Assembly: GCA_038889075.1 (NCBI GenBank) | Contig: JAWAHS010000002.1 | Span: forward strand, 44,930-108,929 | Reading direction: 5' to 3' | Origin: Ignisphaera sp. | GTDB taxonomy: Archaea; Thermoproteota; Thermoprotei_A; Sulfolobales; Ignisphaeraceae | DNA: 64,000 nt | Shown: piece after piece, positions 28,359-39,159 of the stretch | Layout: each line of letters starts with the position of its first letter | Position numbering within the stretch: the first letter of the stretch is position 1 | Notes under the pieces: generated by a model | The model's database searches: none | What the model was told of the DNA's origin: nothing | Seen by the model: the letters and a program-made list of their open reading frames with translations, nothing else | Translations under genes and position numbers: made by a program

Positions 28359-31300
28359 GTAGCATGAATAGAAGGAGTCTAGCCATAGTTATAGCTATAA
28401 TAATGTTACCTACAATTGTATCGATAGATGTGTCCAAGGCGCAGTCCACAGGGCTCTTTACAGTAGTGGCAGTAATGTGGGGTTCACTAAGCTCTCCGCT
28501 ATGTGTTGGTCCAGGGATGCAGACCCAGAGGCTAACGATTATGTTAAAATATAATGGAAATGATACACTTGCAGGTCTTAGAGCAGAGCTGTATCTGCCA
28601 TGGTATCTCAGAGATGCCTTAAGTAAAACAAGTGTAGCAGAGTCGAGGTATACACAGGTAATAGCACGGAACCAAATAACCGAACTGGCGTTCTGGATAG
28701 ATGTTGGGGAGAGGGCATCTGCTGGAGATTACACTGCTGATCTGATACTGTATACATATAGAAATGGATTATGGGAAGAGATCGATAGACTAACTATCAC
28801 CCTCACCCTCATATATACTGATAAGATCTACATTAAGACACAATCGCCTACTAAGGTATATCCAGGACGCTCCAATCTAAGCATCTATATAGAGAACCAG
28901 GGAAGCGGTTATGCTTATGGTGCATCGATTGAGGTCTCAACATCGTTACAACAGATATCGGTAATTAATCCAAGTATCGATGTAGGGGATATCCCACCGA
29001 ATAGTGCTGCAAACATATACATCCCTATCTATGTATCTCCATCACTAATCGGATCACTAGCACCACTATACCTGAGGATGAGCTACATAGATGCCTGCGG
29101 CTTCAGCAGAACATTCAACACAGTAATGTATCTATCCATTGAACAGCCAAAGGAGCCGCAGATTACAGTTAGAGTAACCCCAACAACACTTACAGCAGGT
29201 GTGGAGAACAACGTGAGGATTACCATAGCCAATAATGGAACCTCAACTACTAAGGGGCTAACCATATCATTTGACCTTCCACAACAGATAGCTTTAGGTA
29301 ACAAAACCACGAGGATAGTGGTGGACGAGTTGAAGCCAGGATCATCAGTGGAGGCTACACTAATTCTAACACCAATAGGTATTACAAGCGATAGAATAGT
29401 AGTACAAGCCTATGCAACACTTAGCTATAGAGATCAATATGATATAAGTAGGGGTGACAGGATAGCCATACTATTTACCGTGATCCAACCACAAACTCTT
29501 CTAACCATAGATATACAGCCGCAGAATCTCACTGCAGGAAGAATAAATAATGTATCTATCTCTATAGAGAATATAGGAGATGCCCCAGTATATAGTGTTG
29601 GGGCATCTATAGCCATACCGCAATCCATGGTCATTAAGGGGTTTGACGGTAAGTGGCACGTAGGTGATTTAAAGCCCGGTGAAAGAAAATCGCTGACACT
29701 ATACATTGCTGTTCCAACAACAGCTACAGGATCTGTCCAGATAGGTATATCACTTACCTATATCGATATATCATCTATTCCCAGAACGGAGGCGAGAAGT
29801 ATAGGGCTTTCGATAACATCCGTAGAGAAGCCTCTACTTATACAAGTTGTGCCTTGGGAACTAGACTATGGTGAGAACAATATAGATGTTGTGATAGCCA
29901 ATAGTGGTAGGAAGAGGGTAAGTAATGTTTCCATAACCATTACATCTCCACAACTTATCATTAAGGGATACGGCAATAGGTGGTATATGGGGGAATTGAA
30001 GCCGGGTGAACAGCAAAGTTTAAGGTTACCAGTATTTGTACCATCATCTGCTGGTCCAGTTGCACAGCTCACATTAAGTATAGAGTATAGAGACGTCACA
30101 GGTACGCTAATTTCGGAGAACATCGTCTATGGGTTAATGGTAAGGCCTGTAACAACGCTTCTTACAGCTACAATAGAGCCTGAGCAGATTCTCCCAGGAG
30201 AAAATAATGTAACGATACGTATTAGAAATGATGGTAGTAGACCTGTGTATAACCTACTGGTAACAATTATACCACAGCAAGCAATAGCCAAGGAATCTGA
30301 CGGTAAATGGTTTGTAGGCGATCTATACCCAGGTGAGGTGGCAAATACAACATTATCCCTTATAGTTCCCTCTGCGGCAGGCAGCATTCAGATCGGCATA
30401 ACCCTCAGCTACATTGATGTAGGTGGAGCTACAAAAAGCGAAAGCAGATCGCTGGGACTGATAGTGAGGCAACCACTAATAAATATAGCTATGTGGGCAG
30501 AACCGCAGAATCTCTCAATAGGTGAAAATGACATTACTGTATATATTAGAAATGATGGCGACGTCACCATTCATGACATGCTCGTATCGTTCACCCCATC
30601 ACAACAGGTAGTGTTTGTAGGATCTGGAGGGAGGATATATATTGATAAGATCGATCCTAGAGCATCAAGAACATTTACACTAAAACTTACGGTTACAGCC
30701 ACCACTGGAGCTACCATACTCCAGATCCCCGTAGCTATCAGCTATGTAGATCCAGGCAACTCTTATAGGTCTGAAAACAGGGTTCTTAGCTTTAAAGTAT
30801 GCGAACAGCCTACACCAATCAATCTCAGAGTTTCTGCAGAGCCTCAAACTATAGTTAGTGGAAGATACTCTGCTTTAAACCTAACTATAGTGAATACCGC
30901 TGGTAGAAGGTTGGATAATGTATCGATGACAATATCATCAGGAAGTTTAGCTCTGATAGGCTCTAATAATCGGTGGTACCTAGGCTCTCTAGAACCCGGT
31001 GAAGCTAAAACTATAAGCTTAGCAGTCTATACAAATCCGACTCAGACAATACAGAATATTATAGCTACAGCAACCTTCACATATATCAATACAGCTACGG
31101 GAAGCCTTACCTCTGAGGTCGTGCAATTCACTGTTCTGGCGATGCCAGAATATGGGAAGAGATACCTAGAGATTGGCGTATCTCCACAGATATTAGTGGC
31201 TGGTCAAACAAATAAGCTAACTATATCTCTTAGAAATCCGAATAACTTTGAGGTAAGTTCGGTAACACTGAGCATAGCACCCCCAACAGGAGGGATTCTA

Positions 31301-32044
31301 CTATCTCCGGATACCTACTTTACAGATTTGCTTAAACCAGGTGATAAGGTGTCTATAGAGGTACCCATTTATATACAGTCGACCAGTGGAACAACACTCT
31401 CTATACCGCTAACTATAAGCTACTTCGATGGTACTACCACGGTCTCATTATCAAAAAGTCTAGCATTTCTCATATCCTTACCCCCTACACTTAGAGTAAC
31501 AAGCTATGCAGTTCTGCCACAGACAATATCGCCAGGACAGACATTTTCGGTATCACTTACCCTAGCCAATACAGGTCTCGGTTCTGCATACAATGTTACA
31601 GTAAGAGCTCTACCAAGCCATATCTATACACCACTTCTAGGTGCTGAAACCCTTATTGGTGAGATAGCTAAGGGTGGATCAACAACGGTTACATTTAGCT
31701 TCCGACTATCCACCACAGTAAATGCTACAGCCTTAAGACCAGCAAACATTACAAGGACCAGAACTATTGAATTACCCCCTACAGTAACCAGGACTGACAT
31801 AGGTATGCCATCCCCACAGGCCATGTCGCTGCCCAGCATTAGCATATGGATTACATATATGGACAATGTGGGCAAACAATACAATACAACACTCTCAATA
31901 CCTCTAACAATAGCAGCAGGAGCTCCGACTACAGTAACCCATACAGCTATCCAGAGTCCCACCATCAATACAGCACTTCTAGCAATAGCACTTCCAGTGG
32001 GGCTGGCTCTGATATATCTGATAATTAGATTAAGGAGGAGGTAG
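28355..32044 (+). CDS. Large COG1361-type (S-layer domain) surface protein with tandem Ig-like repeats
   Basis: N-terminal signal peptide; repeated I.N.G....W.(V/M)G(D/E)LKPGE...I.Y.D units; Thr/Pro-rich stretch; C-terminal TM followed by RRR. Confidence 0.8.
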   Translation: MSSMNRRSLAIVIAIIMLPTIVSIDVSKAQSTGLFTVVAVMWGSLSSPLCVGPGMQTQRLTIMLKYNGNDTLAGLRAELYLPWYLRDALSKTSVAESRYTQVIARNQITELAFWIDVGERASAGDYTADLILYTYRNGLWEEIDRLTITLTLIYTDKIYIKTQSPTKVYPGRSNLSIYIENQGSGYAYGASIEVSTSLQQISVINPSIDVGDIPPNSAANIYIPIYVSPSLIGSLAPLYLRMSYIDACGFSRTFNTVMYLSIEQPKEPQITVRVTPTTLTAGVENNVRITIANNGTSTTKGLTISFDLPQQIALGNKTTRIVVDELKPGSSVEATLILTPIGITSDRIVVQAYATLSYRDQYDISRGDRIAILFTVIQPQTLLTIDIQPQNLTAGRINNVSISIENIGDAPVYSVGASIAIPQSMVIKGFDGKWHVGDLKPGERKSLTLYIAVPTTATGSVQIGISLTYIDISSIPRTEARSIGLSITSVEKPLLIQVVPWELDYGENNIDVVIANSGRKRVSNVSITITSPQLIIKGYGNRWYMGELKPGEQQSLRLPVFVPSSAGPVAQLTLSIEYRDVTGTLISENIVYGLMVRPVTTLLTATIEPEQILPGENNVTIRIRNDGSRPVYNLLVTIIPQQAIAKESDGKWFVGDLYPGEVANTTLSLIVPSAAGSIQIGITLSYIDVGGATKSESRSLGLIVRQPLINIAMWAEPQNLSIGENDITVYIRNDGDVTIHDMLVSFTPSQQVVFVGSGGRIYIDKIDPRASRTFTLKLTVTATTGATILQIPVAISYVDPGNSYRSENRVLSFKVCEQPTPINLRVSAEPQTIVSGRYSALNLTIVNTAGRRLDNVSMTISSGSLALIGSNNRWYLGSLEPGEAKTISLAVYTNPTQTIQNIIATATFTYINTATGSLTSEVVQFTVLAMPEYGKRYLEIGVSPQILVAGQTNKLTISLRNPNNFEVSSVTLSIAPPTGGILLSPDTYFTDLLKPGDKVSIEVPIYIQSTSGTTLSIPLTISYFDGTTTVSLSKSLAFLISLPPTLRVTSYAVLPQTISPGQTFSVSLTLANTGLGSAYNVTVRALPSHIYTPLLGAETLIGEIAKGGSTTVTFSFRLSTTVNATALRPANITRTRTIELPPTVTRTDIGMPSPQAMSLPSISIWITYMDNVGKQYNTTLSIPLTIAAGAPTTVTHTAIQSPTINTALLAIALPVGLALIYLIIRLRRR

Positions 32045-33298
32045 ATGAGGCTCTACGACATCTTCTTCCTCGCATTTAGAGCACTGTGGACACATAAAAT
32101 TAGAACGGCCCTTCTAATTTTCAGTGTTACAGTCGGTATTACTGCTATGATCGCTCTAACGTCACAGACGGAAGGTGTTGGAAGAAGTATTGTCTCCATG
32201 CTCCAGAGGCTGGGTCCTGATACCCTAATTGTAAATGTAGTGGGTAGAAGGTTAACAGATCTAGATATATCTATAATGGCCTCACTAGATGGTGTTAAGA
32301 AGGCTATACCAGTTGTAAGGGAGATGGGTATAATAGCCCTTGGCGATACTCAAGTAAATGTAGTAATGTATGGTATAGCATCACAGGAGCTAAGCGAAAT
32401 TTTGGGAGAGATAAAACTAGTTGATGGTTCTCCATATCAAGATGCAACAGTTCCTTTAGCTGTTGTAGGAAGCCAGATAGCATTTCCAAATACAACAAGT
32501 CAGCCTACAGTACTCCCAGGCCAGACTATTATGGTGTACACCCGGAGCAGTCCATCACAATCGGTGCCTATAGTGATGATAGTTACAGGTATACTTGACC
32601 GTTATGGAGCTATGGGCCTCATATCACCAGATACAGCGATCTTCACGTCTATTCAAGCTGCTCAGCAAGCATTTAATAAAAGGTGGTACGATTTGGTGAT
32701 AATTAAAGTTTCTGATGTAAGTTATATAGATATGGTGGAGGAAAACCTGAGAAACATCTATGGGGGTGCTGTAAACACTATATCCCCAACCCAAATGGCT
32801 CAAACGATGCAAGGTGTAATTGCACAGATCACACTACTCCTTGGGGGTATTGCAGCAGTATCGCTAATAGCGGCTGCTCTAGGTATACTCAATATGATGC
32901 TGGTTATAATCACAGAAAGAACTAGAGAAATAGGGACTATGAAAGCCCTAGGTTTCAAGAATAAATATATATTGGCACAGATAGTAGTTGAGGGGTTATT
33001 AATTGGTATATTTGGGGGTATAGCCGGCATAGCAGTAGGTATAGTAGCATCATATACACTACCACATCTAATAGTGAGAGGCACGGCAATGCCAACAGTT
33101 ACATCAACAAGATTGCCACAGACCAGAATGGTTAACCCTATGACACCCACTTTCAACATCTCTTACGAACCCTATATAAATCCAGCTATAGTATTGATAT
33201 CGTTGGCACTAGCGGTATTAGTAAGTGTTGCCTCGAGTCTCTATCCTGCTTGGAGAGCGGCTAAAATGGATCCCGTTAAAGCACTACGATATGAATAG
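32045..33298 (+). CDS. ABC permease, MacB/FtsX family
   Basis: ERTREIGTMKALG and YPAWRAAKMDPVKALRYE. Confidence 0.95.
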   Translation: MRLYDIFFLAFRALWTHKIRTALLIFSVTVGITAMIALTSQTEGVGRSIVSMLQRLGPDTLIVNVVGRRLTDLDISIMASLDGVKKAIPVVREMGIIALGDTQVNVVMYGIASQELSEILGEIKLVDGSPYQDATVPLAVVGSQIAFPNTTSQPTVLPGQTIMVYTRSSPSQSVPIVMIVTGILDRYGAMGLISPDTAIFTSIQAAQQAFNKRWYDLVIIKVSDVSYIDMVEENLRNIYGGAVNTISPTQMAQTMQGVIAQITLLLGGIAAVSLIAAALGILNMMLVIITERTREIGTMKALGFKNKYILAQIVVEGLLIGIFGGIAGIAVGIVASYTLPHLIVRGTAMPTVTSTRLPQTRMVNPMTPTFNISYEPYINPAIVLISLALAVLVSVASSLYPAWRAAKMDPVKALRYE

Positions 33299-33300
33299 TC

Positions 33301-33816
33301 GTGGTGAGGCTATACTATGTATTGAACCGGAATCGGGTATCACCTATGCATAAAAATACAATCATAGCATTAATTATAGGTCTTGCCATAATCATTTTCT
33401 GGCCTTTAACAACATACCTTATATACCCAGTTCCACCAGAAAGTGTTGAACCTATTATCAAAATTTGTGATGAAGATCTTCCTCTCGAAAAATTGCCCGG
33501 ATTTTTAATTGGTATCGGAGGGCTTGTGAGATTTAGAGATGCAGATTTTAGAGCCAGAGGGGTACCTATATCGCTTCATCGTCGCGTAGCCATCTTCAGA
33601 ATCGGGACAGGTGAGACAATTATTGTAATGTTTATGCCCAGGTATAGATCTGTTGATGAAGGATATGAATTGAGTGGTGACGAACTGGCTGAACTAATCG
33701 ATGACGGTGCAATATTAAGAGGATATGCATTTCTAACAAGAAGAGGCATAGTACTTACACCAACCAAGGTTGTTGTTGGAAATAAGACATTCATTGCCGT
33801 GCCACCCTACCGATAA
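33301..33816 (+). CDS. Hypothetical membrane-anchored protein
   Basis: Single N-terminal hydrophobic helix; directly follows the permease. Confidence 0.6.
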   Translation: MVRLYYVLNRNRVSPMHKNTIIALIIGLAIIIFWPLTTYLIYPVPPESVEPIIKICDEDLPLEKLPGFLIGIGGLVRFRDADFRARGVPISLHRRVAIFRIGTGETIIVMFMPRYRSVDEGYELSGDELAELIDDGAILRGYAFLTRRGIVLTPTKVVVGNKTFIAVPPYR

Positions 33817-33943
33817 TTGAATAGGGTAATTGTATTTGGAGAAGCTTCATCGTAACATATAGGGTTTGATTGTAGTGTTGTATGAATATAAATGCTGGGC
33901 AATGGAGTTTGTAATTAGGAATGCAACTAGTTGGTGAAGTTAT

Positions 33944-34498
33944 ATGGATCTATATATAGCACTACTCTTAGCAGTAGAGTGTATTAGTATTACCGCATTT
34001 GCATATCTAGAGGCGTTATTCATCAGAGTATATAGGGGGGTTAGATTGGAGAGCGTTCTAGTATATGCAATATTTATCCTCTTCCTCCTCTTAAGCCAAT
34101 TTTGCAGCATACTTTCTATCATTGTATCTGATAGCAGAACTGCGGCTGCTCTATATGTGGCAACATCATCGCTAGCTCTAGCAGGCTTTATACTAATATG
34201 CACCCCCAGCTCCAATAGCATGTACATAGCTATACCTATTTTTATCGCTTCACCAGATATACTCGCAGGGTTGCTATCAACCATACTTATACTGAAGCGT
34301 ATAGCAGGTAGAACAAAATATTTTCTAACACTACTATCCCTTTCCTACTATATTAGAGGAGTAAGTACCCTGCTAACAGCAGCTCAAGGTTCACCTCTGC
34401 TACTACTAATATCTGAAGCTACAAGAGCTATTGCAGTAGTACTCCTATCGCTACACCATACTGCCCAGGTATTAGTCTATGGTAAAGAAGAGAAGTAA
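33944..34498 (+). CDS. Hypothetical multi-TM membrane protein
   Basis: About 6 hydrophobic helices; overlaps the wHTH gene. Confidence 0.65.
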   Translation: MDLYIALLLAVECISITAFAYLEALFIRVYRGVRLESVLVYAIFILFLLLSQFCSILSIIVSDSRTAAALYVATSSLALAGFILICTPSSNSMYIAIPIFIASPDILAGLLSTILILKRIAGRTKYFLTLLSLSYYIRGVSTLLTAAQGSPLLLLISEATRAIAVVLLSLHHTAQVLVYGKEEK

Positions 34499-34751
34499 GT
34501 TAGAGATAATATTTGATGTTATTGAAATATTGTCTAGAGAGTCTGCAAATCCTACAAAGTTATCAATGTTGGTGAATATGCCTTATGACAGACTCAAGAG
34601 ACTGCTAGAGGAATTAGAGGATAAAGGGGTTGTTAGACGTGAGGAGCAAGGAAGGTCTAGGGTCTACGTGTTGACTCCACAGGGGTATAGATTAAGTGAA
34701 GAACTAAAAAAGATTCGAAAGATATTGACAGACTATGGTATATTAGAATAG
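34479..34751 (+). CDS. Winged-helix transcription regulator (COG3432-like)
   Basis: KRSKLEIIFDVI..PTKL...N..YDR...Y.LTPQG. Confidence 0.85.
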   Translation: MVKKRSKLEIIFDVIEILSRESANPTKLSMLVNMPYDRLKRLLEELEDKGVVRREEQGRSRVYVLTPQGYRLSEELKKIRKILTDYGILE

Positions 34752-35247
34752 AGTCGAAATCTATAGACGTCGAGGCAGCGAATTCTCAGTATATTTAGAT
34801 CCCTTACCGTTATGTGCTTACAACATTTCTCTACCCCCTTTCGAGAGTCTGCATTGCTGTACATATTTTCTGTGAAAATGATGAAGAAGAATAATTGCAA
34901 TCTAATATCCACGGTATATATAAGAGCGATCACAATCTATCTGAAGAAGCTCCAATCAAATCCGTGAAGAGATCTGCATACTCCTAGAACTGGAACAAAA
35001 ACAAAATATATGAAAATAGAGGCATCAGCACAAGGAAAGTTCTCGATGTTGTCTACCTTCATTGATTTAAATCCTCCTCTCCTACTTTCAAAGGGAGTAG
35101 AAAATGAATGGATGTTTATAGAGAATTCTATAGATTGTTCAAGGAAAGTTATTGTTTAAATCAAGAGTCTGAATAGCTATACATATGAGAAATTAAAGTT
35201 TATAAACCTTAATCTACAGTTAAATGGTTAAGTTTAGGTGAATTGAG

Positions 35248-38001
35248 ATGGTAGAATACCGGTTTACAGCATTAATAGCCATATTCATGATTTTAGTAAG
35301 CCTAGTAGGATGTGCATTCCTAACAGAGGTTCGTGGACAGGCTACTGCACCCAGGGGTCCATGGGTAGATGAAATTACATTTATAATGGAGCCAGACGCT
35401 GCTAAAGCTCTTGACATGCTTAAGAAGGGCGAGATTCAGATATACTTTGACGATTTTGGAGATCCAGAGCTCTTTAAAGATATTAAAGCATCAGGGTTAA
35501 GATATGTAGTATCATATGGTCTTTACTATGAGCTTACCTTTAATCCATATGGACCCGAGTTTACAACAGGTGAACTAAATCCATTTAGCGTAGCTAGGAT
35601 TAGGGAGGCTATGAACTATATAGTTGATAGAGACTATATAGTTAATGAAATTATGGGTGGATTGGCAGTACCTAGATACACAGCAATAGCGCCAAGCTTC
35701 CCGGACTATGCTAGATACGCAGATGTTATGTTTGAGATTGAAAGTGAGTATAGATACAACTTTGAAAAGGGTAGAGAGATTATATTTGAGGAGATGAAAA
35801 AGCTTGGGGCAGAGTATAGAGATGGTAAGTGGTATTATAAAGGAAGCCCTGTTGTTATAAAGTTTCTAATCAGAGTAGAGGATGCCAGAAAGGCTATAGG
35901 CGATTATGTATCTACTCAGCTAGAGAAGTTAGGATTTACAGTAGAAAGGATGTATAAGACAGCTAGAGAAGCTTCGCCGATATGGATTAGAGGTGATCCA
36001 GCTAAAGGTGAGTGGCATCTATATACAGGGGGATGGATAACCACATTGGTATCTAGAGATGAGGCTGATAACTTCGGCTACTTCTATACCTCATTAGGAA
36101 GACCAGAACCGCTATGGCAGGCATATAAACCGGATCCAGAATTCTATACTGTTGCAGAGAAGCTCTGGAATAGAGCATTCACAACCATTGAGGAAAGAGA
36201 CGAGCTTATGAGAAAGGCTATAGTACTATCTATGAAGGATTCTGTAAGGGTATGGCTAGTACACCTAACATCAGTATGGGCTGCAAGACCAGAGGTTGTA
36301 CTCTCATATGATTTAGCAGGCGGGTTCTCAGGCTCGAGACTATGGCCATACACGGTAAGATATGTAGATAAAGTTGGAGGATCTATGAAGATAGCCCTTC
36401 CCAATACACTTGTAGAGCCCTGGAATCCCATAGCAGGCACCAATTGGATATTTGATATGGCTGTGATCAGAGCTACCAGTGACCCTGCTGTTATGCCGGA
36501 TCCCTATACAGGGCTGTATTGGCCAAATAGAGTTAAAAAAGCAGAGGTGTATGTCCTTAAAGGACTTCCTGTCACAAAAACTCTGGACTGGGTTGATCTG
36601 AAGTTTGTTGATAGAATAGAGGTTCCATCTGATGCATGGTATGGTTGGAATGCGTCAACAAAGCAGATGGTAGCTCCACCTCCAGGGACTACTGCTAATG
36701 CAAAGGTCGTTCTACATTACGAGGATGATCTATTTAAGAAGGTTAAATGGCATGATGGTAGCTCACTAACAATGGGCGATATACTGCTATCATTTATATT
36801 AACGTTTGATCGAGCTGATCCTGCAAGTCCGATCTATGATGAGGCGTATGTGCCAAGCTTTAGGGCATTCAGAGAAACATTTAAAGGATTAAAGATACTA
36901 AGTACAGATCCCCTTATAATCGAATACTACACAGATACAGTGTACCTTGATGCAGAGTGGATCGCTGCTAGTGCCGTTGTATGGCCTGAGTATAGCCAGG
37001 GTCCAGGACCATGGCATGTACTTGCAGTTGCATGGCTTGCAGAAGCCGAACAGAAGTTGGCATTCTCATCGGCTAAAGCTGATAAGCTAAAGATCGAATG
37101 GACCAATTTCATAGCAGGTCCATCGCTGGATATATTGAAGGGGATGCTGGATAGAGCAATTAGAGAAAACTTCATTCCATATGCAGAATTCCTGGGTAAA
37201 TATATAACCTCTGCTGAGGCCTCAGCAAGGTATGGAAACCTGAAGAAGTGGGTTGAGTCGAAAGGCCACTTCTTGGTCGGTAACGGACCATTCTATCTAG
37301 ATAAAGTTGATGTTACGGCAAAGATACTTATTATAAAAGCCTTTAGAGAATTTCCGGATACTGCCGATAAGTGGCTTATGTTTGCAGAACCCATGGTTCC
37401 CGAAGCAAGCATAACACTACCATTAATTGTGACCCAGGGTCAGGCAGTAGAATTTGAAATAGATATAACATCACATGGACTTCCATATAGAGTTGACGAT
37501 ATTATGTATGTGAAGTACATCATTAGACATGGAGACAGAACAAAGATAGGCATGGCCACGCCAGTAAGGGACGGCAAATGGGTTGTGAAACTTTCAGTAG
37601 AGGAAACAAAGGAGTTGATACCAGGTTCAGCAGAACTTACAATAATCATCGTTTCAAAACTTGTAGGCACTCCAACAATAGTAAAACAACCATTTACAGT
37701 AGCAGGGGTCACACCTACTCCTACTCCAACTCCTACTCCAACGCCCACCCCTACCCCGACTCCAACGCCAACACCTACACCTACTCCCACACCTACTCCT
37801 GTGCCTGGTGCTGTAACAGTTACAGTTGTTAGGACAGAAACAGCAACAGTAACATCAACAGCTGTAGTAACATCAACAGCAGTATCAACAACAACAGTAA
37901 CAAAAACAGAGACAGTAACAGAATGGACAACAACAACAGCACTAGCAATAGCACTACTAATAATAGGAATAGCAATAGGATGGTTCATAAAAAGAAAATA
38001 G
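35248..38001 (+). CDS. Opp/Dpp-family ABC substrate-binding protein with (TP)15 linker and C-terminal TM anchor
   Basis: NPFSVARIREAMNYIVDR, GNGPFYL; signal peptide; Thr-rich tail, TM, KRK. Confidence 0.9.
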   Translation: MVEYRFTALIAIFMILVSLVGCAFLTEVRGQATAPRGPWVDEITFIMEPDAAKALDMLKKGEIQIYFDDFGDPELFKDIKASGLRYVVSYGLYYELTFNPYGPEFTTGELNPFSVARIREAMNYIVDRDYIVNEIMGGLAVPRYTAIAPSFPDYARYADVMFEIESEYRYNFEKGREIIFEEMKKLGAEYRDGKWYYKGSPVVIKFLIRVEDARKAIGDYVSTQLEKLGFTVERMYKTAREASPIWIRGDPAKGEWHLYTGGWITTLVSRDEADNFGYFYTSLGRPEPLWQAYKPDPEFYTVAEKLWNRAFTTIEERDELMRKAIVLSMKDSVRVWLVHLTSVWAARPEVVLSYDLAGGFSGSRLWPYTVRYVDKVGGSMKIALPNTLVEPWNPIAGTNWIFDMAVIRATSDPAVMPDPYTGLYWPNRVKKAEVYVLKGLPVTKTLDWVDLKFVDRIEVPSDAWYGWNASTKQMVAPPPGTTANAKVVLHYEDDLFKKVKWHDGSSLTMGDILLSFILTFDRADPASPIYDEAYVPSFRAFRETFKGLKILSTDPLIIEYYTDTVYLDAEWIAASAVVWPEYSQGPGPWHVLAVAWLAEAEQKLAFSSAKADKLKIEWTNFIAGPSLDILKGMLDRAIRENFIPYAEFLGKYITSAEASARYGNLKKWVESKGHFLVGNGPFYLDKVDVTAKILIIKAFREFPDTADKWLMFAEPMVPEASITLPLIVTQGQAVEFEIDITSHGLPYRVDDIMYVKYIIRHGDRTKIGMATPVRDGKWVVKLSVEETKELIPGSAELTIIIVSKLVGTPTIVKQPFTVAGVTPTPTPTPTPTPTPTPTPTPTPTPTPTPTPVPGAVTVTVVRTETATVTSTAVVTSTAVSTTTVTKTETVTEWTTTTALAIALLIIGIAIGWFIKRK
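37711..37800 (+). repeat. (Thr-Pro)15 coding repeat
   Basis: 90 nt of ACN-CCN with mixed synonymous codons. Confidence 0.9.
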
Positions 38002-38002
38002 A

Positions 38003-38036
38003 ATAAAAAGAAATTTTTTAAATTTTTAATTTTTAA
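38003..38036 (+). terminator. T-rich archaeal terminator after the substrate-binding protein gene
   Basis: Three T5-6 runs directly after the stop codon. Confidence 0.5.
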
Positions 38037-38124
38037 ATTATTATTGAGTCTCCTTATTCTGTATCCATGTCATTAGATGGTATTTATTTATAAAAATTTA
38101 AAAATTCAAGAGTAGTTAGATTAA

Positions 38125-39153
38125 ATGGAATTGGTGATGATGTTTATGCATCCAATTGTAAGATATGTTTTACAGAGAGCACTATTAGCATTTTTAGTGA
38201 TATGGATAGGGTTGACAATAACGTTTGTACTATCTAGGCTGATGCCTTTCAACGCTGCTGACTTGTTTATATCTAGACTGGTTTCACAGGGTGCTACTAT
38301 AACCGGTCAGGAAATTGAGATTATGAAGAGACAGCTACTAGAGCTTTATGGTCTTGATAAACCTATTATTGACCAGTATTTGATATTCTTAAGGAATTAT
38401 ATGGTAACAGGTGAAATGGGGCCTTCCTTTGCATTTTTCCCAACGAGTGTACGGGATGTTATTGCAAAGGCTCTTCCATGGTCGCTACTGCTACTCATAA
38501 TGGCTTCTATCATTAGCTGGATCGTTGGTAATGGTATAGGTGTTCTAGCAGCTCTGACCAGACATAGAAGAATTTCAAATATCTTAGAAAATGTTGCAAT
38601 AGCTTTTCAGCCCGTACCATTTGCAGTACTTGCGATAGCCTTTCTGGTATTCTATGCACTTATTCTTAGATTGCCTATACCAAGTGGAGGATACATTGTC
38701 ACAGGTTCGGCTATTGAAATGTTTGCATATATGTTGCGTAGGGCTGCATTTCCATTACTAGTTTTAGTAATGTTTGGATGGTTCGGAGGGTTTGTTAGTA
38801 TGAAGGCTATAGCTCTTAAGATGCGTGAAGAGGATTTTATTGTATATTCATTCCTACAGGGAGCACCTACAAATTCTATTAGATATATGATATTTAGAAA
38901 CTCAATACTGCCGCAATTCACGTCCCTTGTCCTAGGACTTTCAAGGGTTTTTATAGGCTCACTCCTTATAGAATATATATTCAATTATCCGGGTATAGGC
39001 TATATACTCCAAGGAGCTATAGCAAATGCGGATTACAACTTAATGCTGGGTGTACTATTCTTTGCAACAGTAGCTACTGCCACGGCAACATTCATCCTAG
39101 ACCTAGTATATCCATTAATAGATCCTAGGATTAGATACCCTGGTCAAGGGTGA
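38125..39153 (+). CDS. Opp/Dpp ABC permease (OppB-like)
   Basis: YGLDKP, IEYIFNYPGIG, YPLIDPRIR. Confidence 0.9.
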   Translation: MELVMMFMHPIVRYVLQRALLAFLVIWIGLTITFVLSRLMPFNAADLFISRLVSQGATITGQEIEIMKRQLLELYGLDKPIIDQYLIFLRNYMVTGEMGPSFAFFPTSVRDVIAKALPWSLLLLIMASIISWIVGNGIGVLAALTRHRRISNILENVAIAFQPVPFAVLAIAFLVFYALILRLPIPSGGYIVTGSAIEMFAYMLRRAAFPLLVLVMFGWFGGFVSMKAIALKMREEDFIVYSFLQGAPTNSIRYMIFRNSILPQFTSLVLGLSRVFIGSLLIEYIFNYPGIGYILQGAIANADYNLMLGVLFFATVATATATFILDLVYPLIDPRIRYPGQG

Positions 39154-39159
39154 TGGAAG

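Noticed and set aside
34878-34944. ATGATGA...CTGA as a C/D sRNA
   Set aside because: Spacing too long, AT-rich guide regions and no internal boxes
37711-37800. TP repeat as a phase-variable slippage tract
   Set aside because: Synonymous codons are scrambled, so it is a protein-level linker rather than a pure DNA microsatellite
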